NCBI GenBank assembly: GCA_039586575.1
Contig: JBDHKD010000002.1
Location: forward strand, 1,128 to 65,127
Length of the DNA: 64,000 nt
Direction: 5' to 3'
Source of the DNA: Gemmatimonadota bacterium
GTDB lineage: Bacteria > Gemmatimonadota > Gemmatimonadetes > Palauibacterales > KS3-K002
The first letter of the stretch is position 1. Each line of letters opens with the position of its first letter. Positions 1-9,386 of this stretch are shown piece by piece. The notes under the pieces are model-generated. The model was given only the letters and a program-made list of their open reading frames with translations, did not search any database and was not told where the DNA came from. Position numbers and translations under genes: made by a program.

Positions 1-105
1 CCAGGCAGGTCGCGGCCGGAGGCTGAGGGGAGGCCAGTGGGCCAGTGGGTCAGTCAGGGCAATGGCCGGCTGACCGACCAGTCATAGAAAACGGGTAACG
101 GCACG

Positions 106-3100
106 ATGAGAAACGTCATCCATTACTTCATAAAGCACAGGGTCGTCACCAACTGGGTCATGCTCGCGGTGATGCTGGCGGGAGTGTTCGCCCTCTTCAA
201 CCTCGAACGGCGGCTCAACCCGAAGATCGAGATCGAGGAGGTGGAGATCAGCGTTCCCTATCCGGGCGCCTCCGCCGTCGAGGTCGAGGAAGGCATCACG
301 ATCAAGATCGAGGAAGCGCTGCGCGGCATCGAGGCGATCGAAAGGGTCTACTCGATATCGAGCGATGGGTTCGCCTCGCTCTGGGTAGAGATCACCCCGG
401 GCTACGACATGAACAAGGCGCTCCAGAATATCCGGAACGCCGTCAACTCGATCAGCTCGTACCCCAGCGGTGCCGAGCAACCGACCGTTCGCCAGGAGAC
501 GATGTGGAACCGGGCCGTCATGCTGACCATCTACGGCCCGGAGGACCTCTATACACTGAAGCGAATCATCGAGGAGTTTCGCGACGACCTGCTGGCCACG
601 GGCGAGATCTCCGAGGTCCGCTGGTGGGGACTGCCGCCGCGCGAGATCACCATCGAAGTGTCGCCGGAGAACTTGCGGCGCTACAAGCTGACTATCGGCG
701 ACATCGCTCAGGCGATTCGTAACTCGAATCTGAATATCTCTTCCGGCTCGGTGCTCACCGATCAGGAAGAGATCCTCATCCGTTCCTACAACCGGAAGTA
801 CGAGGCCTCGGAGTTCGAGGACATCGAGGTCATCTCTTCGATCGACGGTACCCGGATTCGCCTCACCGACATCGCCCTGGTCCAGGAGAAGTGGCCGGAG
901 AACTTCTTCTACGCGGAATACAACGGCCGCCCCTCCGTCGGCGTCCACGTGATGTACAACAACAGCCAGGACGTTATCGAGGTCACGGAGATCGTCGATC
1001 GCCTGGCGGCCCAGTACGAGGAACGATACGCCGGCCTCGTCAATGTCAATACCTTCATCAAAGATACCGACGAACTCGAGCAGCGCTTGTCGCTGATGAC
1101 GACCAACGGACTGTTGGGGCTCATTCTGGTCCTGACGCTGCTCGGCATCTTCCTCAACGTGCGCCTTTCGTTCTGGGTAGCGCTGGGCATCCCGTTCTCG
1201 CTGCTCGGGATGTTCTTCGTGCTCTGGCTGCTGGACATCACGATCAACGAGATGAGCCTGTTCGGCATCATCATGGTGATCGGTATCCTGGTCGACGACG
1301 GCATCATCATCGGCGAGAGCATCTATTCGCAATTCGAGAAATACGGGAAGCAACCGATACAGGCGGCGATCGACGGGACCTTGGACGTCATCAAGCCCGT
1401 GACGATCTCGGTGATCACCACGATGGTGGCGTTCGTCCCGTACTTCTACTTCTATGGGATGCTTGGGAAGTTCGTCTGGCAGATCGCCGCGGTCGTGATC
1501 ATCGCGCTGGCGTTCTCGTTGGTCGAGGCGTTTATCATCCTCCCGGCTCATCTGTCGCACTCGCGGGCTTTACAGAACCGGCCCGAGGCGCACCGCTTCC
1601 TGTCGGCTGTCCGCGACCGGGTGAACCGCGTCCTGGCGGGCGTCGTCGACAAGGTCTACGGCCCCGCGCTGTCGTTCTGCCTGAGCAACCGCTGGGCTGT
1701 GACGGCCGGCATGATCGCCGTGATCATGGCGATCGCCGGCATGTTCCAGGGCCAGCATGTGCGGGCACAGTTCTTCCCACAGATCGAGCCGCCTTACGCT
1801 CGTATGCAGGTCGAGGTGCCGGCGGGCATCTCGGCGGAAGTGGCGGACGGCATCCGCGCGAGCTTGATCGAGAGGTCGCTGGCCTTTGCCGAGTCGTGGG
1901 AGCACCCAGGCAAGGGCGGGGAGAACCCGATTCAGAACTACACGTCGTGGATGAACGGCGGCACGATAAACATCTTCTTCGTCTTGCCGTCTGCTGCAGC
2001 ACGCGAGTATTCGGTGGGCGAGTTCTCCAGTGGGCTGGCCGAGTACATCGGCGAGGTGCCGGAGGCCGAGAACGTGATCGTCGGTGGTTTCTCGTTCGGT
2101 GGCACACCCATCTCGGCGCGGTTCCAGAGCAGCGACTACCAGCAGCTGATCTTGGCGAAGGAGCTATTGAAGGACGAGCTGAGGGGCATCGCGGGCGTCA
2201 AGGATATCCGCGACGACACTCCGCTGGGCAACAACGAATTCGTGGTCACGCTGAAGCCGAAGGGCCAGGCGTTGGGGTTCACGGTGCGGGACCTCACCAC
2301 GCAGCTGCGCCAGGGCTTCTATGGCGACGAGGTGATGCGGCTGCAGAAGGGCCGTGACGAGGTGAAAGTGTGGGTCCGCTTCCCGAAGGAGGACCGGGTC
2401 TCGATCGCCCAGATCGAGAACCTCAAGGTGCGAACGCCGGCCGGCGACTACGTGCCTTTTAAGGAGGTTGCCGAGTACCGAATCGAGCGCGGCCTGCGGC
2501 GCATCCGACATGACGACGGCTTGCGCGCCGTCACGGTCTATGCCGACCTCGACTACTCGCAGAACGACTTGAATGTGGTGCTGGCCGAAGTCAACCGCGA
2601 GGTGGTGCCGCGTGTCCTGTCGCAGGTCGATGGCGTGTCACGCGCCGTGGGCACCGGCCAGCAGGCCGAGGTCCAGAAGATGGTCGGATCGATGACTTAC
2701 ACGATGGCCCTCGCCCTGGTCGTGATGTTCACGATCCTCCTTTTCTTGCTCAAGTCCTATATCCAGACGCTGTTGATCATGGGCTTGATCCCGCTCGGTA
2801 TCATCGGCGCGGTGATCGGGCACTTCATCGTCGGCATCCCGGTGTCGATTCTCTCGTTCTTGGGAATCGTGGCGCTGGCCGGGATCATCGTGAACGACTC
2901 GGTGGTTCTGGTCGATCGCTATAACAAGATGATTGCCCGGGGTGTGGATGTTGGCGAGGCGCTTTACGAATCCGCCCTTTCCAGGTTCCGGCCCATCGTG
3001 TTGACGACCATAACCACGGCGGGCGGCCTGGCCCCGATCATCTTGATGCGCAGCGAGCAGGGTCAGTTCCTGGCGCCGATGGCCGTGTCGGTGGCGTTCG

Positions 3101-3234
3101 GCCTCATCTTTGGGACCCTGATCACGCTGCTCCTGCTGCCATCGGCGCTCTACGTGGTCAGCGATGTGCGGGTGCTGATCCGCAGGAGGAAGAAATCGCG
3201 CTTGGAGTTGGAGCCGGCGTACTCGGGGGACTAG
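106..3234 (+). CDS. RND superfamily efflux permease (AcrB/HAE1-like inner-membrane transporter), 1042 aa
   Basis: Full-length ORF with typical AcrB N-terminus (MRNVIHYFIKHR...TNWVMLAVMLAG), two large periplasmic loops and 12-TM organisation by hydropathy pattern; conserved motifs such as VIGILVDDGIIIGE and GLAPIILMRS. Confidence 0.9.
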   Translation: MRNVIHYFIKHRVVTNWVMLAVMLAGVFALFNLERRLNPKIEIEEVEISVPYPGASAVEVEEGITIKIEEALRGIEAIERVYSISSDGFASLWVEITPGYDMNKALQNIRNAVNSISSYPSGAEQPTVRQETMWNRAVMLTIYGPEDLYTLKRIIEEFRDDLLATGEISEVRWWGLPPREITIEVSPENLRRYKLTIGDIAQAIRNSNLNISSGSVLTDQEEILIRSYNRKYEASEFEDIEVISSIDGTRIRLTDIALVQEKWPENFFYAEYNGRPSVGVHVMYNNSQDVIEVTEIVDRLAAQYEERYAGLVNVNTFIKDTDELEQRLSLMTTNGLLGLILVLTLLGIFLNVRLSFWVALGIPFSLLGMFFVLWLLDITINEMSLFGIIMVIGILVDDGIIIGESIYSQFEKYGKQPIQAAIDGTLDVIKPVTISVITTMVAFVPYFYFYGMLGKFVWQIAAVVIIALAFSLVEAFIILPAHLSHSRALQNRPEAHRFLSAVRDRVNRVLAGVVDKVYGPALSFCLSNRWAVTAGMIAVIMAIAGMFQGQHVRAQFFPQIEPPYARMQVEVPAGISAEVADGIRASLIERSLAFAESWEHPGKGGENPIQNYTSWMNGGTINIFFVLPSAAAREYSVGEFSSGLAEYIGEVPEAENVIVGGFSFGGTPISARFQSSDYQQLILAKELLKDELRGIAGVKDIRDDTPLGNNEFVVTLKPKGQALGFTVRDLTTQLRQGFYGDEVMRLQKGRDEVKVWVRFPKEDRVSIAQIENLKVRTPAGDYVPFKEVAEYRIERGLRRIRHDDGLRAVTVYADLDYSQNDLNVVLAEVNREVVPRVLSQVDGVSRAVGTGQQAEVQKMVGSMTYTMALALVVMFTILLFLLKSYIQTLLIMGLIPLGIIGAVIGHFIVGIPVSILSFLGIVALAGIIVNDSVVLVDRYNKMIARGVDVGEALYESALSRFRPIVLTTITTAGGLAPIILMRSEQGQFLAPMAVSVAFGLIFGTLITLLLLPSALYVVSDVRVLIRRRKKSRLELEPAYSGD

Positions 3235-3258
3235 TAAAGCAGCAATCAGCGATCAGTA

Positions 3259-3299
3259 ACCGGCGGCCGATTACCGTTCTCGGCCGCCGGTTCTTCTTT
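3259..3299 (+). terminator. Rho-independent terminator: stem ACCGGCGGCCGA / TCGGCCGCCGGT, loop TTACCGTTC, then TCTTCTTT
   Basis: Perfect 12-bp GC-rich inverted repeat immediately followed by a T-rich tract, 25 nt downstream of the RND permease stop codon. Confidence 0.7.
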
Positions 3300-3333
3300 G
3301 GCAAGCGAGCGATCACTGATCAAAGAGCCTTGA

Positions 3334-3777
3334 TTACCGTATCTGATCGAGCGCGCGCTCTCCGCCCCAGCGCCGCACGATCTTGTCGTCGTAGTCGTCG
3401 GCGGTCCGCGCCACATGTACTAGCGACGCTTCGAGTTCCTTCTGGTCACAGGTCGAGCCGACGATGGAGTGCTCGAAGATAATGTCGCCTTCATCGTCGA
3501 TGCCGAAAGCGCCGAAGCGCATACCGGCGTTCTCTTCCAGCATGAAGCGCATCAGCTCCGGTGTGAGATCGACCCCGGTCACTACGTAGGCCCGCGTTGT
3601 GATGATCGCTTCGTCGTCGCCCCAGGGGAGGACACCCACCTGAGCGAACGCCGAGCCGTGCATCACCCCCAGCACCGGCCTGTCAGTTTTGCGCAATACG
3701 GAGCCACCGAACAGATCGGTGATCCACGGTAGTACCCTCTCGTAGCACTCGCGCTGTGCTTCGGTCTCGAATTCCAT
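3334..3777 (-). CDS. YbjN-like domain protein (putative sensory transduction regulator / T3SS-chaperone-like fold), 147 aa
   Basis: ORF with RBS-like GAGAGG upstream of ATG; sequence pattern (IITTRAYVV..GVDLTPELMRFMLEEN..FGAFGIDDEGDIIFEH) recalled as YbjN family; assignment from memory, not searched. Confidence 0.5.
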   Translation of the reverse strand: MEFETEAQRECYERVLPWITDLFGGSVLRKTDRPVLGVMHGSAFAQVGVLPWGDDEAIITTRAYVVTGVDLTPELMRFMLEENAGMRFGAFGIDDEGDIIFEHSIVGSTCDQKELEASLVHVARTADDYDDKIVRRWGGERALDQIR

Positions 3778-3977
3778 TGCGGAACACCTCTCACTGGCCT
3801 CGGAATCGGGCTTCCTGGTTGGACGGCTCCGTTACGATGGGCTGTCGCGGCGGGCCGGGCAAGACGGGCAGGAACAAGCGTCGGCTCCCGGGGTGGATAG
3901 GGGGTAGGCGGTCGCGGTCTCGGCCCGCGGCGGCCTTCTTTCCGTATCCGGTCTGTCGAGAGCAGGGAGCTGAAACG

Positions 3978-4385
3978 ATGCTTCTCAACTATCGCCTCAG
4001 ACAAAGCTGGATCGCGGTTTTCGCGCTCTTGGCCCTGTCGGGTTGCGTAGCGCTAGCTGCCGGAGCCGGTGCGGGCGCCGGCATCTACTACACTTCCCGC
4101 GGTGTCGAGTCGGTGGTGCCCGCCTCGATCGATGCGACGTTCGCAGCTGCGGAGCGCGCCTTCCGTCACTTCGCAATAGAGCGCACGGCCATGAAGGAGG
4201 AGGAGGGCGGCGCCAGGCGCGAGCTGGAGGGAAAGTCGGAGGAGCGCGATGTCGACGTCAAGGTGAAGCTCGAGCAGCGAGGCGAAGGAACGCTGGTAGA
4301 AGTCAGCGCGCGTGAGAGTCTCGTTGAATGGGACAAAGACTTTGCCCGCGAGATCGTCCAGAAGATCGTCGAATTCACCAGCTAA
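3978..4385 (+). CDS. Small lipoprotein, hypothetical (DUF3568-like), about 135 aa
   Basis: ATG at 3978 gives MLLNYRLRQSWIAVFALLALSGC lipobox signal; the longer six-frame ORF from 3756 overlaps the upstream gene. Confidence 0.5.
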   Translation: MLLNYRLRQSWIAVFALLALSGCVALAAGAGAGAGIYYTSRGVESVVPASIDATFAAAERAFRHFAIERTAMKEEEGGARRELEGKSEERDVDVKVKLEQRGEGTLVEVSARESLVEWDKDFAREIVQKIVEFTS

Positions 4386-4402
4386 CGACGCGAGGGAGAG
4401 CG

Positions 4403-4687
4403 GTGGAGAAGAGATCCAACGGCGCGCAGGGTGAGTTTCGCCTGACCGCTTGGAAGATCTTCCTGATCGTCGAGTGGGTCGCGCTGCTCATCGGCCTGGC
4501 CATGCCGATCACGCCCAGCAAGACCGGCGGCGATTTCGACTTCGCCGACCTCTTCTTCGAGAACCCCGGCTACCTGCAGAAGGCTCTCGTCGACTTCCTC
4601 GTTGTCAACGTCTTGATCGGTGTCCTCGCTCTCATCTTTCTGCTGCTTTGGTGGCGCCAGAGACGCAAGGCGGGCAGCAAAGGGTGA
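4403..4687 (+). CDS. Small two-TM membrane protein, hypothetical (94 aa)
   Basis: GTG start at 4403 preceded by GAGGGAGAG RBS; two hydrophobic helices (IFLIVEWVALLIGLAM; LVVNVLIGVLALIFLLLWW). Confidence 0.4.
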   Translation: MEKRSNGAQGEFRLTAWKIFLIVEWVALLIGLAMPITPSKTGGDFDFADLFFENPGYLQKALVDFLVVNVLIGVLALIFLLLWWRQRRKAGSKG

Positions 4688-4764
4688 ACCCTCCTTTACC
4701 GGTGAAACACGCTCAAGCGACGGTTCGTCCTGTCTGGTGTCTGACCCCGGAAAGGAGAGGTAGT

Positions 4765-5031
4765 GTGGGCGACACAATCGTTGAGGTTCTACTCGCCGTG
4801 TTCATATTCGGCATCCCGGCTGCGGCACTCGCCATCCGCTTTGTGCTGCGACCGATGCTCAAGGACGTGGCAGAGGCTGTCCGGTCCACCCGTGGGCTAC
4901 CGTCAGACTTCGAGCGGCGGCTGGCGGAGCTCGAGGAGAACCAGCGGCTGACGAACGAGCAGTTGAGCCGCCTGATCGAAGCCGAGCGCTTCCGCGAGCA
5001 GCTCGGGTCGGGCCCGCCTAGCTCCTCTTAA
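4765..5031 (+). CDS. Small membrane-anchored coiled-coil protein, hypothetical (88 aa)
   Basis: GTG start at 4765 with AAAGGAGAGG RBS 6 nt upstream; N-terminal TM helix (IVEVLLAVFIFGIPAAALAI) followed by a charged helical tail. Confidence 0.4.
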   Translation: MGDTIVEVLLAVFIFGIPAAALAIRFVLRPMLKDVAEAVRSTRGLPSDFERRLAELEENQRLTNEQLSRLIEAERFREQLGSGPPSSS

Positions 5032-5458
5032 GCCTAGCCCCCACGAGCACGCCCACTGCACCGATCAGCGGGTTGAGAAGCGCGATCCACACCGGCTGCT
5101 CGGCCTCCTGCATGGCCTGCGTCATGCTGACCTCTGCGGGACGTTCCGTGGCAACGTCGTCGCCCGACCGTGTCAGGACCGGCATCGCGGACACGAGCCC
5201 GAGGATCAGCACAATCGCGGCCAGTACCTTCGGCGGAGTTGACGCCCTGGCGAGCGCGGCGCAGGCCAGCCCGCCGAGGATGGCAGCGATGAAGCTCAGC
5301 ACGATGCTCGCCACGATCCAGGCTGCAGAGAGCTCGTAGGTTCCCGGTCGGAACGAGCCGTCGCTGCCCAGCACGAGGTAGGCCAGTGAGAAGGTCAAGA
5401 AGACGACAACGGCCATGACCAGGTAACCGACGATAACGCTCCCGATCGCTCTGCCCAT
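5018..5458 (-). CDS. Integral membrane protein, hypothetical (about 146 aa, 4 TM)
   Basis: ORF with four hydrophobic segments; ATG at 5458 preferred over the TTG at 5467 used by the ORF track. Confidence 0.5.
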   Translation of the reverse strand: MGRAIGSVIVGYLVMAVVVFLTFSLAYLVLGSDGSFRPGTYELSAAWIVASIVLSFIAAILGGLACAALARASTPPKVLAAIVLILGLVSAMPVLTRSGDDVATERPAEVSMTQAMQEAEQPVWIALLNPLIGAVGVLVGARLKRS

Positions 5459-5495
5459 CTCGCTCAATCCTTGCTGTGGTTGGGAATCTGTCGGT

Positions 5496-5747
5496 GTGGC
5501 CTGGACAGCTAGAGCCGGAATGCGCCAGTCGCTGGGGGTAGCGCTGCTGGCTGCCGGTAGCGCCGCTAAAGCGGAACGGGTCTACCGCGAAGACCTGGCC
5601 CGCTTCCCGGAGAACGGGTGGTCGCTGTTCGGGCTCCGCCGGTCCCTCCAGGCACAGGGCAAGTCGCAGGAAGCGAGGGAGGTTAAGGAGCCCTTTGAAC
5701 AGGCGTGGCAGCACGCCGACGTTACGCTCGTCGCCTCGCGGTTCTAG
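5496..5747 (+). CDS. Orphan 83-aa ORF resembling the C-terminal tail of a larger protein (possible gene remnant)
   Basis: No RBS; Ala/Arg-rich; reads like a C-terminal fragment (…RVYREDLARFPENGWSLFGLRRSLQAQGK…). Coding status is doubtful. Confidence 0.2.
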   Translation: MAWTARAGMRQSLGVALLAAGSAAKAERVYREDLARFPENGWSLFGLRRSLQAQGKSQEAREVKEPFEQAWQHADVTLVASRF

Positions 5748-5941
5748 GTTCCATTAGAGAGGGTGGGCGGCTATGGCCGAGTCAAGCTGCGCAGGCTGGA
5801 CGCGCCGGAGTGATCGGGCCCGGGTTCAGGATACCAGCGAAGCGGATATATTTGGGCGGCAACCAGAGAGCATTTGCGAGACGCCGGCCGGAGCTCAAGC
5901 TGGGCCGACCGGCGTGCTTAGTATCCGCAGAGGGGAAGCGA

Positions 5942-6394
5942 ATGACGGACGAGGGCGTGGCCAAGACCGGGAAGGTGACGGTAACCTGCCAGTTCTGCCT
6001 GACGCTCAACCGCGTGGACCTGAGCCGGGCCGACCAGCGGCCCAAGTGTGGAGAGTGCGGGCGGCCGATTCTGCTAGACCGGCCGGTAAGAGTCAGCGAT
6101 GACGACTTCCAGCGTGTCTTGTCGGGTGCCGATGTGCCAGTGGTGGTCGACTTCTATGCCGACTGGTGCGCTCCCTGTAAGATCATGGCGCCGGTCCTCG
6201 ACGAGTTCGCCCACGCACACCGGGGCGAAGTGCTGGTCGCCAAGCTGGACACCGACCGCAGCCCGGCGACCGCCCAACGCTATGGTATCCGGGGCATCCC
6301 CACACTGATCGTCTTCAGGGGCGGGCAGGAGGTCGAGCGGCGAACGGGCGCGATCCCGCGCGAGGAGCTGGAACGACTGCTGGCTTCGGCCTGA
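5942..6394 (+). CDS. trxC: Thioredoxin, Trx2/TrxC type with N-terminal zinc-finger extension (150 aa)
   Basis: Two CxxC pairs in the N-terminal extension (CQFC…CGEC) followed by canonical thioredoxin fold and active site WCAPCK, plus GIRGIPTLIVF. Confidence 0.85.
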   Translation: MTDEGVAKTGKVTVTCQFCLTLNRVDLSRADQRPKCGECGRPILLDRPVRVSDDDFQRVLSGADVPVVVDFYADWCAPCKIMAPVLDEFAHAHRGEVLVAKLDTDRSPATAQRYGIRGIPTLIVFRGGQEVERRTGAIPREELERLLASA

Positions 6395-6462
6395 ATCGGC
6401 CTCGTGGGCCTTCTAATAGGACCGGAAGATAACGGCGATGCCGGGCCCGCTGTGAGTTACAT

Positions 6463-7010
6463 CTAGACGAAAAGCTCGTCGGCTGACCCGGTGCTGTAGT
6501 CGATGGCCCAGAAGCGATAGCCGAGACCCACCGATAGATTGCTCAACACGTTGTAGTAGATCGAGCCCTCTAAGCCCCACGCCAGATCGGAACCGATCCC
6601 CAGTCCGCCCAGATGACCGGCGGCTCTGAGCTGCCAGCGGCTGGAGATCGGCCAGCGGAACCGGCCGCCCAGCAGTGGGTCGAACCAACCGCGGCTCGAT
6701 TCGGCGAGTTCGTTCCCGGAGTCGGTGAGCTCGTAACTCAGGTTGTGAACATGGCCGCCGGCCATGACATCGATCTGCGAGGTGACTCGGTACCCCAGCA
6801 TGCCGACGCGGGCAAGCTTGTCGTATTCGAGTCGGGTGGTCCCCGAGTCCTCGCTGGCATCCATGTACAGCACGTCGAAGAGCAGCGTGCATCTCGCCGT
6901 CGACAGCCAGCGCCCACAGGTATGGCACCAGCTCGAACTCCACGCGATTCGATTCGTCGTTCTGGGCAGTAGCGGGCTGAGCGAAAACGACGGCGAGGGC
7001 GGCCGCCATA
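6463..7010 (-). pseudogene. Outer-membrane beta-barrel protein gene split by a frameshift near 6875-6900
   Basis: Signal peptide plus first beta-strands (…LVMAAALAVVFAQPATAQNDESNRVEFELVPYLWALAVDGEM…) lie in one reverse frame (ORF 6413..7090). The remaining beta-barrel body (MLYMDASEDSG…ADELFV) lies in another (ORF 6463..6873). Confidence 0.5.
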
Positions 7011-7241
7011 ACGAGCCGCGTGAATCTCGGGGATCGGTGCGTGACCACTCGTTCCTGGGCGGGAAGTTTCTCGGGCCGCTCTGCGCTCATCGCCTCGACC
7101 GCCTCGGTCAGCTGGTCGAGAAGCTTGCGCAGTATCGCTGCCGCCGCCCGGCCACCGATCTGCTAGTGGCGCGGGTTCAACCATGGGCGGCAATCTGCCC
7201 CCGGTGGGCGACCGTCGAGCGAGGGCTGGAGATCGCTAGAC

Positions 7242-7778
7242 TCATTGAATCGGAACGAGGAAAACGTCGCCGGCCTGGGCCTCCGATTCGCCGAAGACCG
7301 GCACCGCCCGCGCCACAACTCGACGACCACCATCCTCGATGAGGAAAAGGATGTCGCGGCGCTGGCCGTCCGGCGTCGTGATGACGACCGAGCCCAGCGT
7401 GTCGTTCACCAGATCGCCGGCGAACTGCGCGACGACCGAAGCCGGCGTTGCTCCGACCTGCTGCAGGAGCCGCGCCGGCGCTTCGGAGGAAGCGTGCAAC
7501 GCGCCGCGGATATCTGACCCCGACTGCTGAACCTCCACCGTCACTGTGGTCATCGCCTCGAACATCATCTCGAACGAGCGTGGTCGCTGCGGCAACTTCA
7601 AGCGACCGATGTGCATCTCGCCTTCGGCCGTGAGCCTGACCTGCTGGTCGTTTTGAGTCCACTCGATCTGACTCACGCGCCAGCGGCCGGCGAGGTCAGG
7701 CGGAGTGCCGGCGCGGCAGCTAGCGAGCAGCAGCGCTGCGACGGCGAGCGCGAATGCAAGCGTGGATTGGATCCTCAT
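7242..7778 (-). CDS. Lipoprotein, hypothetical (178 aa)
   Basis: Internal ATG at 7778 gives MRIQSTLAFALAVAALLLASC lipobox; the upstream extension of the ORF track is Arg/His-rich and lacks an RBS. Confidence 0.5.
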   Translation of the reverse strand: MRIQSTLAFALAVAALLLASCRAGTPPDLAGRWRVSQIEWTQNDQQVRLTAEGEMHIGRLKLPQRPRSFEMMFEAMTTVTVEVQQSGSDIRGALHASSEAPARLLQQVGATPASVVAQFAGDLVNDTLGSVVITTPDGQRRDILFLIEDGGRRVVARAVPVFGESEAQAGDVFLVPIQ

Positions 7779-7927
7779 GGGTGGGGAAGCTAGGCGACGG
7801 CGGTGTGGTGCGCGAGACCACCGGGCCTCGCGGCTGTGCCCTGATTGTGCGCAAGGGTTTCGACGCACATCTTGCGGACCGGACGGATACGTGCCTGAAG
7901 ACGATTGGGAGAATGCTGGGGGGAACG

Positions 7928-8425
7928 ATGAGAGGTTGGCGTCTAACGGGATTGCTGCTTCTGCTCTCGGCTCTGGCTTGTGAACCGGCGGCGCAGAGGG
8001 AGGAGCCTGGGATCGACCCAGAGGCGGAGATCCGAGCCGTGAGCGCGGTGGTCGGGCAGTTCGCGCACGCCGTCAAGAGTGGCGATGTGGAGACCGCATC
8101 GCGGCTCGTGGCCCGCGAACCGAAGACCCTGCACTTTGGGATATTCGGGGACCCGATCTTCGGCTGGGAGGACGCCCAGCGATTCGTGGCGGAACAGGCC
8201 GAGCTCATAGACGAGTTCGAGATCGAGCGGGGTGTTCCGCATATCAAGCTGCACCCGTCGGGCACGATGGCCTGGGCGACGCAGATCTGGTTGTACAGCG
8301 GGAGCGTAGGGGGTCATAGCTTCGATTATCAGGCCCGCTGCACTTGGATCCTGGAGAAGCAGAACGGCGAGTGGAAGATCATCCACTTCCACATCTCGAA
8401 TCGCACCGCCGATCTGGGAGGGTGA
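7928..8425 (+). CDS. NTF2-like (SnoaL/DUF4440-type) lipoprotein, 165 aa
   Basis: ATG at 7928 gives MRGWRLTGLLLLLSALAC lipobox; C-terminus has the NTF2-like cone pattern (…CTWILEKQNGEWKIIHFHIS). Confidence 0.55.
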   Translation: MRGWRLTGLLLLLSALACEPAAQREEPGIDPEAEIRAVSAVVGQFAHAVKSGDVETASRLVAREPKTLHFGIFGDPIFGWEDAQRFVAEQAELIDEFEIERGVPHIKLHPSGTMAWATQIWLYSGSVGGHSFDYQARCTWILEKQNGEWKIIHFHISNRTADLGG

Positions 8426-8438
8426 CGGTCGACCGATC

Positions 8439-9386
8439 TTACTCCACGAGCTGGGACGGCAGCGGGGTCATCACCTCGACTGCGACCCGCCAGCTGCCGC
8501 TACCGTTGGGGCCACGACGCCAGGCCCGCACGTAAACGCCGAGTTCCGTCGGCGCGTCCGTGCCAGCCGGTGTGAACTCGTATTCACCGTACGTATAGCC
8601 CAGATCGCCGGAGCCCGACACGTCACCGCCCTGGACGGTCCACCGGTAGGCTCCCGGCCGTTCATCATAGAGCTCCTGCAAAGCTTCGATCCCGTTCAGC
8701 GGCTGCAGTCCGTTCCGCAGCGCGCGGACGTCGGAGGTGACATGCGCGGCGAGCGCCTGGACGGTGCCGGGCGTGGACGCGGCCCCGGCGAAGGCACGGT
8801 CCACTTCTAGCAGGGACCGTCGCTCGACCGTCAGGTCGAGTGCCCGTGCTCTCCAGCTTCGGTCGCGCTCGGGTGAGTGGAAATCCACCGCCGACTCGGG
8901 CGGCGGGTTGAAGATGCCGTGATCGATCACGGCCTTCCAATCTCCGTCCGGCTGCTTTTTCCACACGGTGAAATAGTTTCCATAGGCGGTGGCTTCACCA
9001 GTGGGATCCTCACGCCATTCCCAAGGGCCGGTTGTGTACCCCAGGTCGCCGGCCGCCGAGATGTCCGCGTACACCGGTTCCCAGGACAGCAGTCCGGGTA
9101 CCGCCGGCTGGGCCTGCAGGAACTGCTGCGCGTTGGTCGCACGTGGGCGAAACAGCACCGCGTCATCGGCCAGGTGGGTCCGAAACGCCTCGATGGTGCC
9201 GTGCTGCGCCGCCGAACGCGCGAAGTCTCGCTCCGCCTCCACCAGCGATCTCAGCACGGCCGGGCTGGCGTCGTCAGGCTCTTGGTCGTTCCCGGCGCAG
9301 GACGCCCCCGCCGCCACGCTGCTCGCCGCGACGAGGGCGATGCCGAGAAAGCGAGAATTGCAAAGATACTTGAACACGAGCACCAA
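8439..9386 (-). CDS. Tandem double NTF2-like (DUF4440-type) lipoprotein, 315 aa
   Basis: Signal/lipobox (…GIALVAASSVAAGASC) and two repeats of the same domain (…YFTVWKKQPDGDWKAVIDH… and …VYVRAWRRGPNGSGSWRVAVEV…). The start codon is non-ATG (TTG or GTG). Confidence 0.5.
   Translation of the reverse strand: MVLVFKYLCNSRFLGIALVAASSVAAGASCAGNDQEPDDASPAVLRSLVEAERDFARSAAQHGTIEAFRTHLADDAVLFRPRATNAQQFLQAQPAVPGLLSWEPVYADISAAGDLGYTTGPWEWREDPTGEATAYGNYFTVWKKQPDGDWKAVIDHGIFNPPPESAVDFHSPERDRSWRARALDLTVERRSLLEVDRAFAGAASTPGTVQALAAHVTSDVRALRNGLQPLNGIEALQELYDERPGAYRWTVQGGDVSGSGDLGYTYGEYEFTPAGTDAPTELGVYVRAWRRGPNGSGSWRVAVEVMTPLPSQLVE

Noticed and set aside
82-1560. 492-aa minus-strand ORF overlapping the first RND permease gene
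   Set aside because: Asp/Arg/His/Glu-rich low-complexity translation typical of an antisense frame in high-GC DNA. The RND permease on the opposite strand has the clear family signature.
891-2357. 488-aa plus-strand alternate-frame ORF inside the RND permease gene
   Set aside because: Arg/Gly/Pro-rich composition artefact. It is out of frame with a bona fide transporter.
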